A DNA stretch of 64,000 nt, from positions 1,860,001 through 1,924,000 of the forward strand of contig MU053304.1 in assembly GCA_013239625.1 (NCBI GenBank). Direction: 5' to 3'. This document shows, piece after piece, positions 40,924-54,720 of the stretch (position 1 is the stretch's first letter; each line of letters starts with the position of its first letter). The DNA is from Lama guanicoe (Eukaryota). A program made the position numbers and the translations under genes. The notes beneath the pieces were generated by a model that was given only the letters and a program-made list of their open reading frames with translations, was not told where the DNA came from and did not search any database.

Positions 40924-41240
40924 CAGGGATCAGCAGACTTTTTCTGCAGAGGGCCACAGGGTAGATATTTCTGGCTTTGTGAACCACGTGGGCTTAATGG
41001 CAGCCACTCAACTCTGCTGATGCAAGGTGAAAATGGACAAGAATACGTTTTGTGTTCTGATAAAACTTTGTTGATGGACACTGACATTTGAATCTGATAC
41101 AATTTCCACATGATAGAAATATTCACTATCTTTGGATTTTTTCAACCTTTTTAAAAATGTGAAAATCATTCTTACTTCACAGGCTGAACAGACACAGTTG
41201 GCGGGCTGGATCTGGCCTGTGGACATAGTGCTCTGAGATT
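40924..41240. mobile_element. MER58-type hAT relic
   Basis: cagggatcagcagactttttctg...ggctggatctggcctgtgg. Confidence 0.65.
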
Positions 41241-41797
41241 TGGGCTAGGGCAGTGCCTGGCATACAGCAGGTGCTCAGTGAGTATTTGTTAATGAGAGGA
41301 TCATGGATTAAATTTAAGTTTTATTATGAAATATTCACATAGGAAAGCACAGAGAATAATATAATTACCATCTATCACTGAGATTCATCAAGCATCATTC
41401 TGTCATATTTGCTTGTTTTTTTTTTTTTACAAAATAGCCGGATGCAGTCAAATCTCATCTCTCCCATCCCCACTGCCCTACTCCTCCGCAACTCCCTTTC
41501 TTTCTCTATCCAGAAACAATTGTTATTCTCAGCTGACACATAACCTTTCTGTCTGTGTTTTTGTATTTTTACAACATAGCTATAAGGTGTCCATAGAGGA
41601 GTCATACTGTGCCTATCTTTCTGCAACTTAATTTTTTTTTTCACTCATCACTATTTTTTCTGTGGTTGTCAGATATAACTCTAGTTCATTCATTTAACTT
41701 TTCATGCCGTTTAATATTTTCATCTTTCATAAGTCTGACTGGAGATTGCTTCCAACTTTGATACCGTAAATCTAGTCTCCTATATTTTCGTCCAGAG

Positions 41798-42010
41798 CAG
41801 GAATCAGCAAACTTTTTCTGCAGAGAACCAGAGAGTAAATATTTTAGGCTTTGCTGGCTACATCTTCCCTAATGCAACTACTCCACTCTGTGAAATCAGC
41901 CACAGGCAATATGCAAACGAATGGGTGTGACTGTGTCCCAATAAAACTTTATTTACAAAATCAAGTGATGGGCCAGATTTGGTCTGTGGGCTGTAGTTTA
42001 CAGACCCCTG
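41798..42010. mobile_element. MER58A-like element
   Basis: caggaatcagcaaactttttct...ccaataaaactttatttacaaaa...gacccctg. Confidence 0.8.
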
Positions 42011-44421
42011 ATATGAAAGTTTTAAGGTTATATTTTTAACATTTTAATACAAAATCCATCTGGAATTCATTTTTGTATGAGTGTGTATGGCATATTTATT
42101 TTAATTACAGGGATCAGCAATTTTTCAAGTACCACTTACTAAATACTTTATTGTTTCTGCACTAACTTTTAATGCCTTTTCTGTTACAGAACATGCTCCT
42201 TTATATGGGAAATCTCTTCTCTCTTTTCTGATACTTGTTTAATTTGTCTATTGTTATATCAGTATTACACTGTTACAATGATTACAGTGTTCTAATAAAT
42301 TTTTATATCTGGTAGGGAAAATATCTCCTTATTTTTCTTCAAATTATTTTGGAACTACTTGGTCCTTTCATCTCCCATTTTAAGTTTTCAGATCAGCCCG
42401 ACAAATTAGGAGAAAAAAAGAACACGGGATTTTGGTTGGAATTGTATCTTTCTGTCTGGATTAGTATTCATAGTATACTAGCTGCTGACCATGGACAGTT
42501 ATTCTAATTCTCTGAGCCTCAGAGATATATGCAGATAATACTGCATAGGGTTATAGAGAAAATGAAATCAGGGAAAACACTGAGAACTGTGCCATGCATA
42601 ATGTAAATCCTCAGAAATCCTAGCTATTATTAGCTATTAGTATTCTCTGGTAGAAGCCTTCTTATTAAAAATACCAGGCCAGTTAATCAGGCCAGTTAAT
42701 CAAGAAAGTTAAGTGGGGAATCATAAAAATGTTTCAGATACACTGTAAGCATCTTGTTTTATCTTAAGTTCATAAATGTATATTCATGCATTGGGGGGAA
42801 GGTTTTAACTCTACCTGCAGTTCTGCACACTGATGGTGGTTTGTTTTCTTGTGCAGTTTGTAATTTTTTTACTGTGAGTTCATTATGGGAAGTGGCTGTA
42901 CACATGCATGTGTGTGTCTCATGTGCTCTTGTGAAAGTGTCACTCCATCACTGCTGGGTCTGGACAAATTTTTTTTTTTTAATGTTCATTTCTTGGCTTA
43001 GGATTTCCATGTCAAGGGGATATTAATTGCATGGGATATTTACGTGGAAGGTTTTGGCTATGCATGGGCAACTCTTTTTGCATTTAAAGACCTTGGAGCC
43101 GTGCTGGTTTTCCAGCTGTTTCTCCAGGCCTACTGGTAGATTTATCTCCAGGCCCCTGGCCTTTTTTTTTTTTAAATAGCTAGGGTAACTCTAAGAGGAT
43201 TTATGTATGGACTCAGGTATAGCTCCCACTTCTGGATTCAAAGCCACATTTCCCATCCCTGTGTGATTTCTAGAATTTAAACCCCCAGCTCCTAGGTCTT
43301 ATTTCCAAGCCCATAACCCCTGTGGTCAGTGCAGAGCTAACGACTCTGGTTGTGAGTCCTTTTCTCTTAGCATTTCTGAAACTTGAGGATTCTCCTTCTC
43401 CCTCACCCCCTTGAATTAAAACATTTTCTGCGTTGTCATCTAATATTGTTAAATGGTTTTAGCTGGAGAAAGCCATGACCATCCGTTCCATCTGTTACAA
43501 TAAAAGTCCTGAATAATACAATTTTCCATCAACAAAGCTCTTATTTTCTGTGTGTCTACAGTATTTACACATGCAGGAAAAGTCGTGGTGTCTATAATCT
43601 TTATGCAGTAACTTAATTCACATAGTCCAAGGTGGCAAGCATTATTAAATGCGATTGGTTACATCAACATCCTGAGACAGTTCAGAGGATGCTCTCTGCT
43701 CAAAAACCAGTTTGTTTAAAAACCCGTAATTCTACACGGTTATGCTTTACCGACAGTTTTTTTCCAGTGGGGTTGTCTACCCTTCTAATTTCATGCCTTA
43801 ATTGGAAATGCTAAATATTTGTTTCTAAAGAGATCATTTGTACGATCAATAGAGTGCCTTCAGAGCTCCAGCACGCCAGCACCGCTTCTGTAGACATCAC
43901 TATACAGGCACCAGCTCTCCTCTGATTTACGGTTTAGCTTGTCACAGGGGAGGCAACTGCTCCATGCCTTAGAGACGATGCACTGAAGTGCATTTCGAAT
44001 ATTCTCTGTTCTGCTTCCTGGTAAAGCTGTCCTGTGTCCGCAGGGCTGCTCAGTTAAGGTGATGGTGCTTTTCTATTCCTTGTGCCTCCCCTCCCTGCCC
44101 TTACTCCCTGCAGACACGCCGGTCTGTTCATGACTCTCCTCTGTGCTCCACACTCCGCAACCCACGGCCGTTTCTAGTTGGCAGGGCTTTCCTGGATGAG
44201 CTCTTCCACCCTCAGCTTTGTTCTACTCCTTTATTAGTTTTTCTTTGGTTTCTGTAGTCTTTTATGACTTGAAAGGTCCTCTCAGCTTCTTCATGGAAAA
44301 ACACCTGGCCATTTAATCAATCAGAGCGCTTCTTTCCAACCATGCCGGAGACGACCAATCTGAGCGCGCGTGCTCTTTGGGGGTTTTTGGCTTTCGTGGA
44401 TTTAAAAACAATTGTTAGTGG

Positions 44422-44977
44422 TTGTGGTATATTTATACAGTGGAATACTACTCAGCCATAAAAAGAACAAAACAATGCCATTTGCAGCAACATGGATGGG
44501 CCTGGAGATTGTCATTGTAAGTGAAGTAAGCCAGAAAGAGAAAGAAAAATACCATGTGGTATCACTTATATGTGGAATCTAAAAAAAAGACAAACAAACT
44601 TATTTAGAAAACAGAAACAGACTCTCAGACATAGAGAACAAACCTGTGGTTATGAGGGGTGGTAGGGGTGGAGGGGATAGTGGTGGGAGTGGAGGGAATA
44701 GTGGTAGGGTTGTGGGAGGGGATAAATTAGAGTTAGAGATTTGCAGGTACTGATACATTTAGAATAGATAAACATGTTCATATGCATAGCACAGGGAACT
44801 ATATTCAATATCTTGTAGTAACTTATGATGAAAAAGAATATGAAAACGAGTATGTGTATGTATATATATGACTGAAGCATTATGCTGTACACCAGAAACT
44901 GATACAGCATGGTAAACTGACTAGACTTCAATAAAAATACATACATACAAACATTTCCAAAAAACCAAAAAACCCCC
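44422..44977 (+). mobile_element. 5'-truncated L1 (sense)
   Basis: ggaatactactcagccataaaaaag...; TSD aaacaattg(t/c)t(a/g)gtgg. Confidence 0.92.
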
Positions 44978-46012
44978 AAACAATTGCTGGTGGAAATTCA
45001 GGGCCTGCTTTTTTAGTGGCTTGAGCTGTTTTGTTTTCTTTCCCCTTTCTAGCTTAGTGAAGATCCCTGGATGAGGCCTGCTGGTTCTGGAAGGCTTATC
45101 TCCAGGTAAACGATGAGGCTGGATAACAGGGAGACCAGATTTATCTGCAGGGCCGCTGATTCTTGTCCTCATCTCCGGAGCAGATGGGTATTAAAATTAG
45201 AGCAGCTCTTTCCATTTACATTTAGAAAAGCTGAAAACAGAGCAGAGGGAGTTCTTGCGCCTGCAGAGAGAAGAGCACACGTCGCAGTGGCCAGGAGGCC
45301 AGGCAGGCACACAAGCCTGCGGAACACTTCACAGCCTAAAGCAAAAGCCTTTCCCAAATAAGGTGGCCCGGGTGTCACGGGCATCCGCAGAGTTCTCTCC
45401 CAGCTTTTCTTAAGGCTCCCAGGCCATCAAGCTTAGCAGGTGAGGAACACCCCCCTGAGTGGGAAGGGCTCTGAGTGAAGAGTGGTCTAAAAGAAAGCAG
45501 CGTCCCCTCTGTTTCAGAACATAAATATTTGCCGAGTGCCTGCTACGTGCCTGCTACGCGACAGAGGCGTCATTTGTCACTTACACCGATTTTAGGTAAT
45601 AAAGAAATCGACACATTTTAATATTTGGAGATGACTCTGGGGCCCCCAGCAAGACTGAAAGGCTCTTCTGAAAGTGGGAGACTGACTCGAGTCCCCAGTC
45701 TGGTATAACATGTTTCATTGGCTGGCCAAAGCGTCTAGAATGGTGGCCAAACCCACTAGAATAACCCAGAGGCCGTTGTATTTGCCTCCTGCCGACTTGC
45801 CATGGCTCCCAGGGCCTGGCATGGCCGCTGTGCTGTGAGGGTCCCCACGGAATCCTCGTGCTTCTTCCCGTCTGGGAGGAAAGTCAGGAAGGAATCTTGA
45901 GGTTACTTCCGGGCAAAGGCAAGCTAGTGTCATCATCTTTGCCAGCAGCTTCAGAGATCTTTCGGCAAGCGGAACGCGGGGGGTTGAAAACTCTCAAAAT
46001 AGGGGTGCAGTT

Positions 46013-46071
46013 CCTGAAAATAATACTGTAAATCAACTAACTTCAATAAAAAGGATGGAAAAGGCAAAAAA
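46013..46071 (+). mobile_element. Ultra-short L1 3' tip
   Basis: actgtaaatcaactaacttcaataaaaa with 17-bp TSD aaaataggggtg(c/t)agtt. Confidence 0.8.
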
Positions 46072-48131
46072 AAAATAGGGGTGTAGTTGACACTGCTTTT
46101 GATGAGATGATCTTTACCAGGGCCTCCTGCTGAGGGCAGTTAACTGTCCATCTCAGGCTGTGACACTGGTTACAGAGCTGGCAGATGGCAAAGACATTTC
46201 CTAGAGGAAAAAAATAAAGACATAATCAAAATACGCTTTTCAGCACTTCACAAAAGGCTGATGTGCTGAAGGGTTTTTTTTTTGTAGATACTCATTCTCA
46301 GAATAAAGTAGTTCTCTTCCTAGTTTTCTAAAAGTCTTCACTCTGAATGGATGTTGAATTTAATAAAATGCTTTTCCTGCGTCAGTTGAGATGATCATAT
46401 GATCTTCATAAGAAGATAATTCCCACTTTTCTGCAGGCATCTTTTCCTGTATTCGTGACACGGTTGTTTTATAAAAAGCATTCGCTAGGGTGTATGAGTG
46501 TCTCTGATGAGAAGTGAAGCAAGAATGTGTGCACTGGGATTGTTCTGTAAGTTTCTGACTCGAGAAACTGATCTTTGAACAATTAAAAGAAAAAAAAAGG
46601 CATTCCATTTGAGGCTGGTTGCCTATTTCGTAAATGCAATTGAGTGTTATCCTTTAGAATTTCGTTGAATCTGGAAGCCAAGAGACAGAGGGCTTGCCAG
46701 GTTTTTGAAGAATTATTATTTAATTTTTGACGCATCTGCAACTGAGCAGGACTTAAAGATCCATCAGTGTGACCATTGACTGTGTGTCAGCCAAACTATA
46801 GTAAAAGGAGTGCGATTTCAAGATAATTTCCAAATACAGCAGGTTTTAAGGAGATACCATGGAAGTCAGAAAACAATTAGACAAGTAGTGGTTTATTTTG
46901 AATGGAGTCATTTCATGTCAGAAGTTTGAATTCTGTTTGTAATTTCCTCGTAGCCTACTTACAGGTGTGACTTAACCCACACGCACAAACCAGGACAGGC
47001 TGATTTCAAGAAAGTGACTCAGAATTGAGGGGAAAGATGGACCACCCAGATTAGTTTTGGAATAATTTTCCAAGTAGATTTAGAGTCCCTGAAGAAATGT
47101 CAAAACTTGGGAATTCAGTTTATTTCATGTATTTCACTAAGCTATATAGTTCTTGATTCAGTAAAGTGAATGAGCATTTTTATTATTTGGATTTGGGGAA
47201 AAAAAAATTCATTGGATATATTTCTTGGCCGAGACTACTACTGGCATAAGCACCCTAGTGATTTTTTTTTTCTCACACTTTTACTCCTAGTGGATATGCA
47301 GTTGGTATTGGAACACAGTTCAGAGCTTTACTGAAGAAAAGGGAAAAATTCCTTTTGAAGACAAAAATACTATGACAGTGGGACCCCAACAATGTTCATT
47401 TGTCTTTCAGCATGAAGATGACATTTCTAGCTGGTGCAATTTCTATTTTGGGCAGAGAAACATGGTATTAAGAAGGGAAGGGACATTAGAGCTCTCTGGT
47501 TCCACTCTTCCCTTTTACAGTTGAGGAGACTGAGTTTCAGGAAACTTCCTTGTCTTGTCCAAGACCCCCCACAAATGGGAGTAGAACCCCAGGCTTTCTC
47601 TGCTGTATTCACATGCTTCATGAGCAATTGCTGATCATTTTTCCAGAAGCCCCAGACTCCAAATTCTGGAGTCCTCTTTCTCCTGGTCCCTCCCCTAGCT
47701 GGCAGCCATAGACGCTCTCCTGCTACTTCAGGGCCCCTTGGGCTAGGTGACTCCTCCCGCTACCCCCAGGGTTCCACTTATTTGTGTGTTTAGCCTCTGG
47801 GGTGGGCTGTCCATCATTCATCCCCATTTAGTTCAGTTGATGGGTGGGATGGTCAGGGGAGAATTTCCATGTTTCTTCCTGTGAAGGAGAAGTGGGGATA
47901 TGACCCTTCATTGTGGTCTTTCTTCACTGTGGATTATGCAGACAAGTTCTTCCTTAGTGCCAAGACTTATACTGCTGCCCACCATGAGGATTAAAAGAAC
48001 GTCTGGTTCCTTCTCTGCGTTAAATTGTATTGTGAAAGGTCTTTCTGTTATTTAATCACTAGGTGCATGCCAGCCCAGTAAGGGAGTTGGGTGGAGAGAA
48101 AAAAAAATCTATGTAATTGCTATTGACTTTT

Positions 48132-48262
48132 CTTTTTTAAATTTTTTTTGGTGGGGGACGTAATTAGGTTTATTTATTTATTTAGAGGAGAGGCTGGGGA
48201 TTGAACCCAGGACCTCATGCATACTAAGCACACGTTCTACCACTTGAGCTATACCCTTCCCC
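48132..48262 (-). mobile_element. Vic-1-like SINE
   Basis: TSD tgctattgactttt. Confidence 0.9.
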
Positions 48263-48379
48263 TGCTATTGACTTTTTCATGGCCCCATTCAAGCTTGTCT
48301 TCTTCTTTGAGATCTTCCCAGATGAGCCCACCTACCAGTTTTCTTCCTTTTGTGCATCCTCAAATTCATATTTTCTGGG

Positions 48380-48770
48380 TCAGGGATTCGCAAACTAAAG
48401 GACCAGATAATAAACATTGTATAGCCCTGGTGGGCCTGTTACTCTGTAGCAATTTTTCAACTGCTGACAGTGGCAGAAGCAGTGGCACAAGCAGATGGCT
48501 GGGGCTGTATTCCAATAAAACTTTATTTACAGAAACAGACTGGATTTAGCCTGTGGTGGTTGTTTGCCAACCCCTGGTTTAAACCGACACGTTCTGAATT
48601 TTGGGTTTTGGACCAGGTGCTTCAGAATCATCTGGGGGATGCTCAAAGATGCAGGTTTCCAGACTTCACCCTCAGAGTTTTTGATTAGCAGCTTGGGGCT
48701 GGGGAATCTGTACTTTAAAACGTTGCTTAATTGATTCTGCTGCTCAGACAAATTAGGAAAACAATGGTCC
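48380..48770. mobile_element. MER58A-like element followed by MER5A-like element
   Basis: ccaataaaactttatttacagaaacag...tttgccaacccctg, then cagaatcatctgggg...gggaatctgtacttt. Confidence 0.7.
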
Positions 48771-49088
48771 ATTCTATTTTTAAAAAATTTGTATTTGTAT
48801 TTTTACACATACAAATACATAACATTGTGTTTTGTGCTTATAAATAATAAAAAGTGGCATGATTCTGCACAAATCATTCTGCATATGGCTTATTTTTTGT
48901 TCTTTTTATTGAGGTGTTTCTCTTTTATCGGTATCTAGGAATCTACATGATAAAGGACTTGGTCCTTTGTAATAGGTGGTACATATTTCCCTCCACCATG
49001 TTGTTGCCTTTTCACTCTATTTATGGAGTCTTACGGATTTTCAAGAACATTGTGATGGATTAAAATGCTTCAATCTGTTCCTCTAAGG

Positions 49089-49312
49089 CAGTAGTTCTCA
49101 ACTGGGGGTGGCTTTTCCCCAGGGGACACTGGCAATGTCTGGAGACATTTGTGGTCGTCACAGCTGTCATTGTTGGTGGGTGGGTTCTATTGGCATCTAG
49201 CAAGTAGAGATGAGGGAGGCTGTTTACACATCCTACAATGTACAGGGCAGCCCCCACAACAAAGAATTACTCAGCCCAAAGAGGCACTAGTGTGCAAGTT
49301 AAAAAATCTTGC
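49089..49312. mobile_element. MER20 hAT element
   Basis: cagtagttctcaactgggg...ggcaatgtctggagacatt...cccccacaacaaagaatta. Confidence 0.85.
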
Positions 49313-50921
49313 GTTGAGGCTTTTGTTCTTCTTCCTTACTTAATAAGGTGCCTCTTCTTTCTATAATAGTAGTATCTGTGTCAAATCTGTATTGAAAGTT
49401 CCTTAACTGATTCTGCTGCTCAAATTACTAAAAATCTGGTGCATTCTACCTATCCCTTAATATCACACACAAATTCCCACTTGGTTATTTCTCTCTGTAC
49501 CTACACTCCTCTCTAGGTGCTAGGAGGCCACCATGTCCCCTTGGTGACCTGCGTGGTCTGGGCGACGTGGTGTGTTCCTTCAGTGTTTGTAGGTTCTCTT
49601 CCTGGGCTTCCTTGGTTTCCTCAAACACCCCTCCCATTGCCTGGATGACTCTGCTCACTGAGCATGGGTATAAATGAGGGAGAGAGGTGACCTAGGGTGT
49701 GCACTGTGCTCCTCTGGACCCTCTGTCATGTCAATGCAAGCTGAGTAGCCATCAGTAGGATCCTGAATCACAGAGCTGGAGGCGGCCTTGAGATGTTTCA
49801 CCCCAGCCCCTTGATGCACAAGGTATGTGTATCAAGAGCAGGCATGCGACTTGCCCACGCCGCTCAGCCAGCTGCACACCAGGGCTGATGCCAGGACTCT
49901 GGTTGCTCCCCTGGCTCCATTTCCAACTAGTAAATTCCTTTCCGCTGCTTCTTTTGTGAGAGCGGCCACAGCCATCCAAGAGACTGGCTCTGCGACCTGC
50001 TTGTAAGCTGCTCATTTCATATCTGCAATGATCAAGCCCCTTCTCTCTTTCAGTATTAGGAACTTTAAGTCAGTCAGACAGTCAAAATGGTTGACACACA
50101 CATGCAGGGTTTTAATTGACAATTAGACTGCTCTGGGAATGTCCAAGTTCTTGCAGCTGACCCTTGTGTTGGACTGAGAGCCCTCTGAGGGCCAGGACTG
50201 GGCTTTCTTCATCCTCCTGACCTGTCTTCTGGGCACCCGACCTGGCACATCATGCTCGATAAATGTCACTTGAATTGCTGAGCAGCCCTATTGAGTTTTC
50301 TGTAAAAGTACAGGAGAAGTAGGAATGAAGCCCACTGAGTGACTAATCTAGCAAGGAAGGCTCACCAGAAGGTAGTTGTGTGTCTCCCCAGGTCCCCCGT
50401 CACCAGGTAATGCAGATGTAGGTGTTCACGTGAGGTATTTCGCAGCAGCCCTGGTAGCTTTGACATCCTTTATCTAATGACCCTGCAAATGGGCCTCTTT
50501 TATCTCTGTTTTAAGTTTGACGTTTCATCCTTCTCTTTGCATGCAGAGGGCACTGAAATTGCCAAAAACATGGGCAGCAGATAGTTTAAGGAAGGAAAAC
50601 AGGTCATGGCTAAAGTATCACCTGAGACTGCTTTCCAGTCACGAGTCCTGGCGCTGGCAGGCACCTGTGCTCTGGCCTTGCCTGCCATCCCACCCTGTGT
50701 TCACCCCCCAAAATGCTCTTGATTGTGTATATTTAACATAAGTGAAAAGTTGAAAATAAAATGTGGAAAGAATGATTTTGGGCTAGCTCTATGATGTGAA
50801 AAAATTTGGCTTAAATAGATGGATTAATCGATGCAATAAACCAACAGCATTTTAATAAATGAGCTTGTCAGTTACTACAGACAGAAACCACTAACCCATG
50901 GGCTTTCTCTTTACTCTTTCT

Positions 50922-51048
50922 TTTTGGGGGGGAGTAATTGGGTTTATTTATTGATTGATTTTTTTTAATGGAGATACCGGGGATTGAACCCAGGACCTTG
51001 TGCATGCTAAGCATGCACTCTACTACTGAACTATACCCTCCCCACCCC
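50922..51048 (-). mobile_element. Vic-1-like SINE
   Basis: TSD tctttactctttct. Confidence 0.9.
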
Positions 51049-52424
51049 TTCTTTACTCTTTCTTAAAGCTGATACTACAAAGTCTTTATCCTCCCCACCA
51101 TCATTAAAAGCTAGAAATTATAGCCGAGAAGATATTGCCTGTTAAATTTTGAGTGTCCCCAAAGTCAGGTCTATTAATTATGATATTTTGCCTTATTATG
51201 CATTTTGGCAGTTTGGTTATTTTCTGTTTATAGGTCAATGTAATGGAATTCAAGGGCAGCAGTGACCTCTGCAACAGAACTTTTTCCCTGTGAGATAAAA
51301 TACACATACAAACTTAAAAAAAAATTCAATAAGCTGTGTGCAGAGAAACAGGACTTACAATAAATATTTATGATGCCAAGATTCTGCTTAAAGGTTAATG
51401 ATTGCATTTTATCTTGTATTTGCTGTTATGCAATTGAAAAGATTGATTAAAAAAAAAAATGAAACTAGCCTGAAGTTAGGTGGTTGTCATTGTTAGTGAA
51501 GCAACTAGCAGAAAACCCAAGGGAGTAGATGGCTAGGAAGCGACTATTTTAAAGAAGGGATCAATGACCTCATAGTGCATTTAACGCTCGCTTTGTATTC
51601 ACTGCGTGTGGGTACGTGTGGGCACGTGTGTGTGTGTGTGTGTGCGTGCGTCTGTGCAAGTCATCCCATCACTCACTGCTTTGAATCCCTTTAGAAATCT
51701 ATACAACTGATAGTTTAATTTTTAGCTTTTATCTCCTTTTTTTCTTTACCAAGAGCGTTCCTGGCCGTCTACGTTAGTCATTGCTTCTTTAATTGCACGT
51801 GACATTCCTGCCTTTCTCTGTCAAGCCGGGACAGCAGCACTTAAACCCTATCCCTTATCCTCAGCGTATTTTCTTTCCCTCTTTATTCCCTCACCCGGTG
51901 GAACTGACTCCTGGGCTGGTGAACTGGGCGTGGCCGTGGGGCCTGCCCCGCCCACCCAGCCCTCTGCGCCTGCGCCCCGCCGCTGCCAGTAAGGGACGGG
52001 CTTCAGGCAGTGCCTCACCTGGAGGGTCGCCAGGGACCAGAGCACGATGGCTTGTGCACTGGTGCGGAGAGCCGCCTGTGATCCCCAGTAAGCCCAGACT
52101 CCTCCTGCGCTCGTCAAGGCCAAGGCTGCAGGTCAACAGAGACTCCTCCCACTTTTAAAAGCTGATTTAAAGTAGTCTAGTCGCTGTAAAAACACCACAG
52201 TGGGGATGAGTGAGACGCTTCTTGACTTAAATTCTCGAGACCTGGGGGTGGGCCTTGGGGAATCCTAATTTTACCCAACAATACACCTCGCAGGTCCGGC
52301 AACCCCTTGTACGTGTATAGCATCATTCATTCACTCACTCATTCAGTGTGTACTCAGCAGCTGCAGGGTGCAGGGCGCTGTTCAAGAGTTGGGGCCACAC
52401 AGGTAAGCGAAACAGAAAAAATAA

Positions 52425-52545
52425 ATCTGTAACCTATAGTGGAAAGGAATCTGAAAAACAAATACATATGTATGTATGCTGTACACCTGAAACCAACACC
52501 GTGAATTGACTACACTTCAATAAAAAAAAGAATTATTTAAAAAAA
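52425..52545 (+). mobile_element. Short L1 3' end inserted in an L2 relic
   Basis: tatgctgtacacctgaaaccaacac...ctacacttcaataaaaaaa. The surrounding 52320-53035 is L2-like (cattcattcactcac; cagtgcaaaggccctgagg). Confidence 0.75.
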
Positions 52546-54319
52546 ACAGAGAGTAAAAAGAAACCTGACTGCACAGGGTTTGCATTCTGGGGTGGGGGGA
52601 AGATAAAAAATAAGTATAATAAATAAATAACTTTCCCCCTAACTTTTTCCTAACATAACAATGTTAGAAGGTGATAGAAGGTTAGATGTTTGGGGGAAAA
52701 ATAAAGTGGGGAAAGAGGAATCAACAGTGCTGGGGTGGGGAGACTTCACCCTGTTAAATCACGTGCTCAGAGAAGTCCTGACAATTGAGCAAAGACTTGG
52801 AGGAAGCTTGGGAGCAGCCATGAGAAGTGGGAGCATCTCAGATGTCAGGGACAGCCAGTGCAAAGGCCCTGAGGCTGGAAAGGTCCTGGAGGGTTGGAGG
52901 AACAGTGAGGTCAGTGTGTCTGGAGCCAAGTGAGGGAGGGTAAGAAGAGGAGAAGCTGTCAAAGAGCCTGGGGGAGGAGGGGTCACCTAGAGCCTAGTAA
53001 GACTTTGTGAAGACTCTGCCTTTCATTCTGAGTAAAAGTCGATCACTTGCCTACTGTAGTGTAATGAACATAGGAACCTCCGAGGACTGCTGTAAGGAGG
53101 AACCAAAGTAGGAGAGGGGAGCTGCTAAATGCCGTGGCAGGTGCGTGGGGGGGACTCAGCGCGTGGCAGGTAGTACTAGCTTGGCTGCTGCTGTTCTTAG
53201 TGCTCATACGAGGTTGCTGGACGGAAACTCTGTAGAGCCAGGCACTGCATCTGGTTTGTTTGTTTGTTTGTTTTTTACATGCCTTTTAGCATTTATTCCC
53301 AGGCCCAGTTCATTTCGTATAGTAAGGCCTCAATCAGTATTCACTGAGGATTATTGTTCTTGTACTTTGGTTCTACAAAAGCATTTTAGGTGGTTTTAAC
53401 TGGCCTACATTTAATCCTAACTTGTTTTCTGCTGTTTGCAGAAATATAACCCTTGTCTTTTGCCTTCTCCATAGGGGTGTGTGTGTGTGTGTGTGAGACA
53501 ATAATCTGATATCAAAGTGCAGTGCCGTGTTATGGAAGGAAGTCTTGGCTGGAGGTCAGAAGATGTGCTTGGTTCTGGCTTTCTTCTGCAGTGGCTGTGA
53601 TGGTCACTCAATTCCTCTGCCCTTCTGTTCCCCACCAGTGATGAGGGTTCAGAAAAATCCTACTCTGTTTCGGGGTTGCTGTGAGCACAAATGAAATACT
53701 ATATGGCAGTGCTCTTGGAAAACTCTCAATGGCCCCCTTCGAGGAGCAATAGTTATCACTCCTGTAGCCTTTGCTGTGTGAGGGTGGACACCTGTGCTTT
53801 GAATGCTTCCTCTGGAGCAGGTGTTGATTTATGCTGCACCTTGGCACCCTCTCTGAGGACTAGCTGTCCCCAGCAATGGGCTGTGACCATGGAATGAAGC
53901 CCTGGGACCTCTCTGGCCATCAAATGGCTGCTGGTCTTTGCCTTAGTAATGTCATTCTCTAAGCTGCACAATGAAGGTTTGCATTTCCAGAATTGACTTT
54001 TATCATGAGCTCCTCAGTGTATGTAACTGATTGGAATGGATTTCTGTGTTTTTAGGTGTGTGTTAAAAGTCTTAATTTGTGACTGGGTCACCTCAGATGT
54101 TGTTTTAAAAGTTGATGTCAGAAACATGGTTTACATGTCTCCTTTATCCTAATTAAATTTTTCTCTCTTTCTTGAGCTTATACCCATTACATGAAGCCTT
54201 CCAAAAATTAAATCAGAAGTGAGGGAACATCAGGACTAAAGGAGCAATTCAATCTGTCCCTTATCACACATTACTTTTAAGATATCAATTGATCGATGTC
54301 TTTATTTTTTCAATGCTTT

Positions 54320-54720
54320 TTTAAAAGAAGCCCCACCATGTTGCTGGGTTCCTCAACATGCTGGAAATAGAGCAGTGAACACAGCAGATAAGTCCATGCC
54401 CTGATGGAGCTCACGTATTTGAAAAAAGGAAAAAAGGGATTGTTTTAGATTTCATAGTGCAGGAAGGCTTCTCTGAGGAGGTGACATTTGAGTAGAGAAC
54501 TTTGCGAAATGAGGTAGAGAGCTGTGGAAAGTATGAGAGAAAAACATTCCAGGCAGAGGAGCCAGCAGTTGCAAAGGTCCTGAGGTAGGAATGACCTTGG
54601 CATAGTCCAGGGACAGAGAGAAAGCGAGGAGGGGTGAGTAGCATGTGTGGGAAGGGGCCAGATCAGGGAGGGCTTTGTCTGCTATCAAAGGACTTTGGGT
54701 TTTCCCTTGAGTTGGTAAAG
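54320..54720. mobile_element. L2 LINE fragment
   Basis: ggaaggcttctctgaggaggtgacatttgag...cattccaggcagaggagccagcagttgcaaaggtcctgagg. Similar L2 relics near 26.5 and 60.2 kb. Confidence 0.75.

Noticed and set aside
50964..51043. tRNA-Ala(AGC)-like genes (this and the other copies)
   Set aside because: A-rich tails, TSDs, high copy number and random decay identify them as SINEs rather than functional tRNAs.
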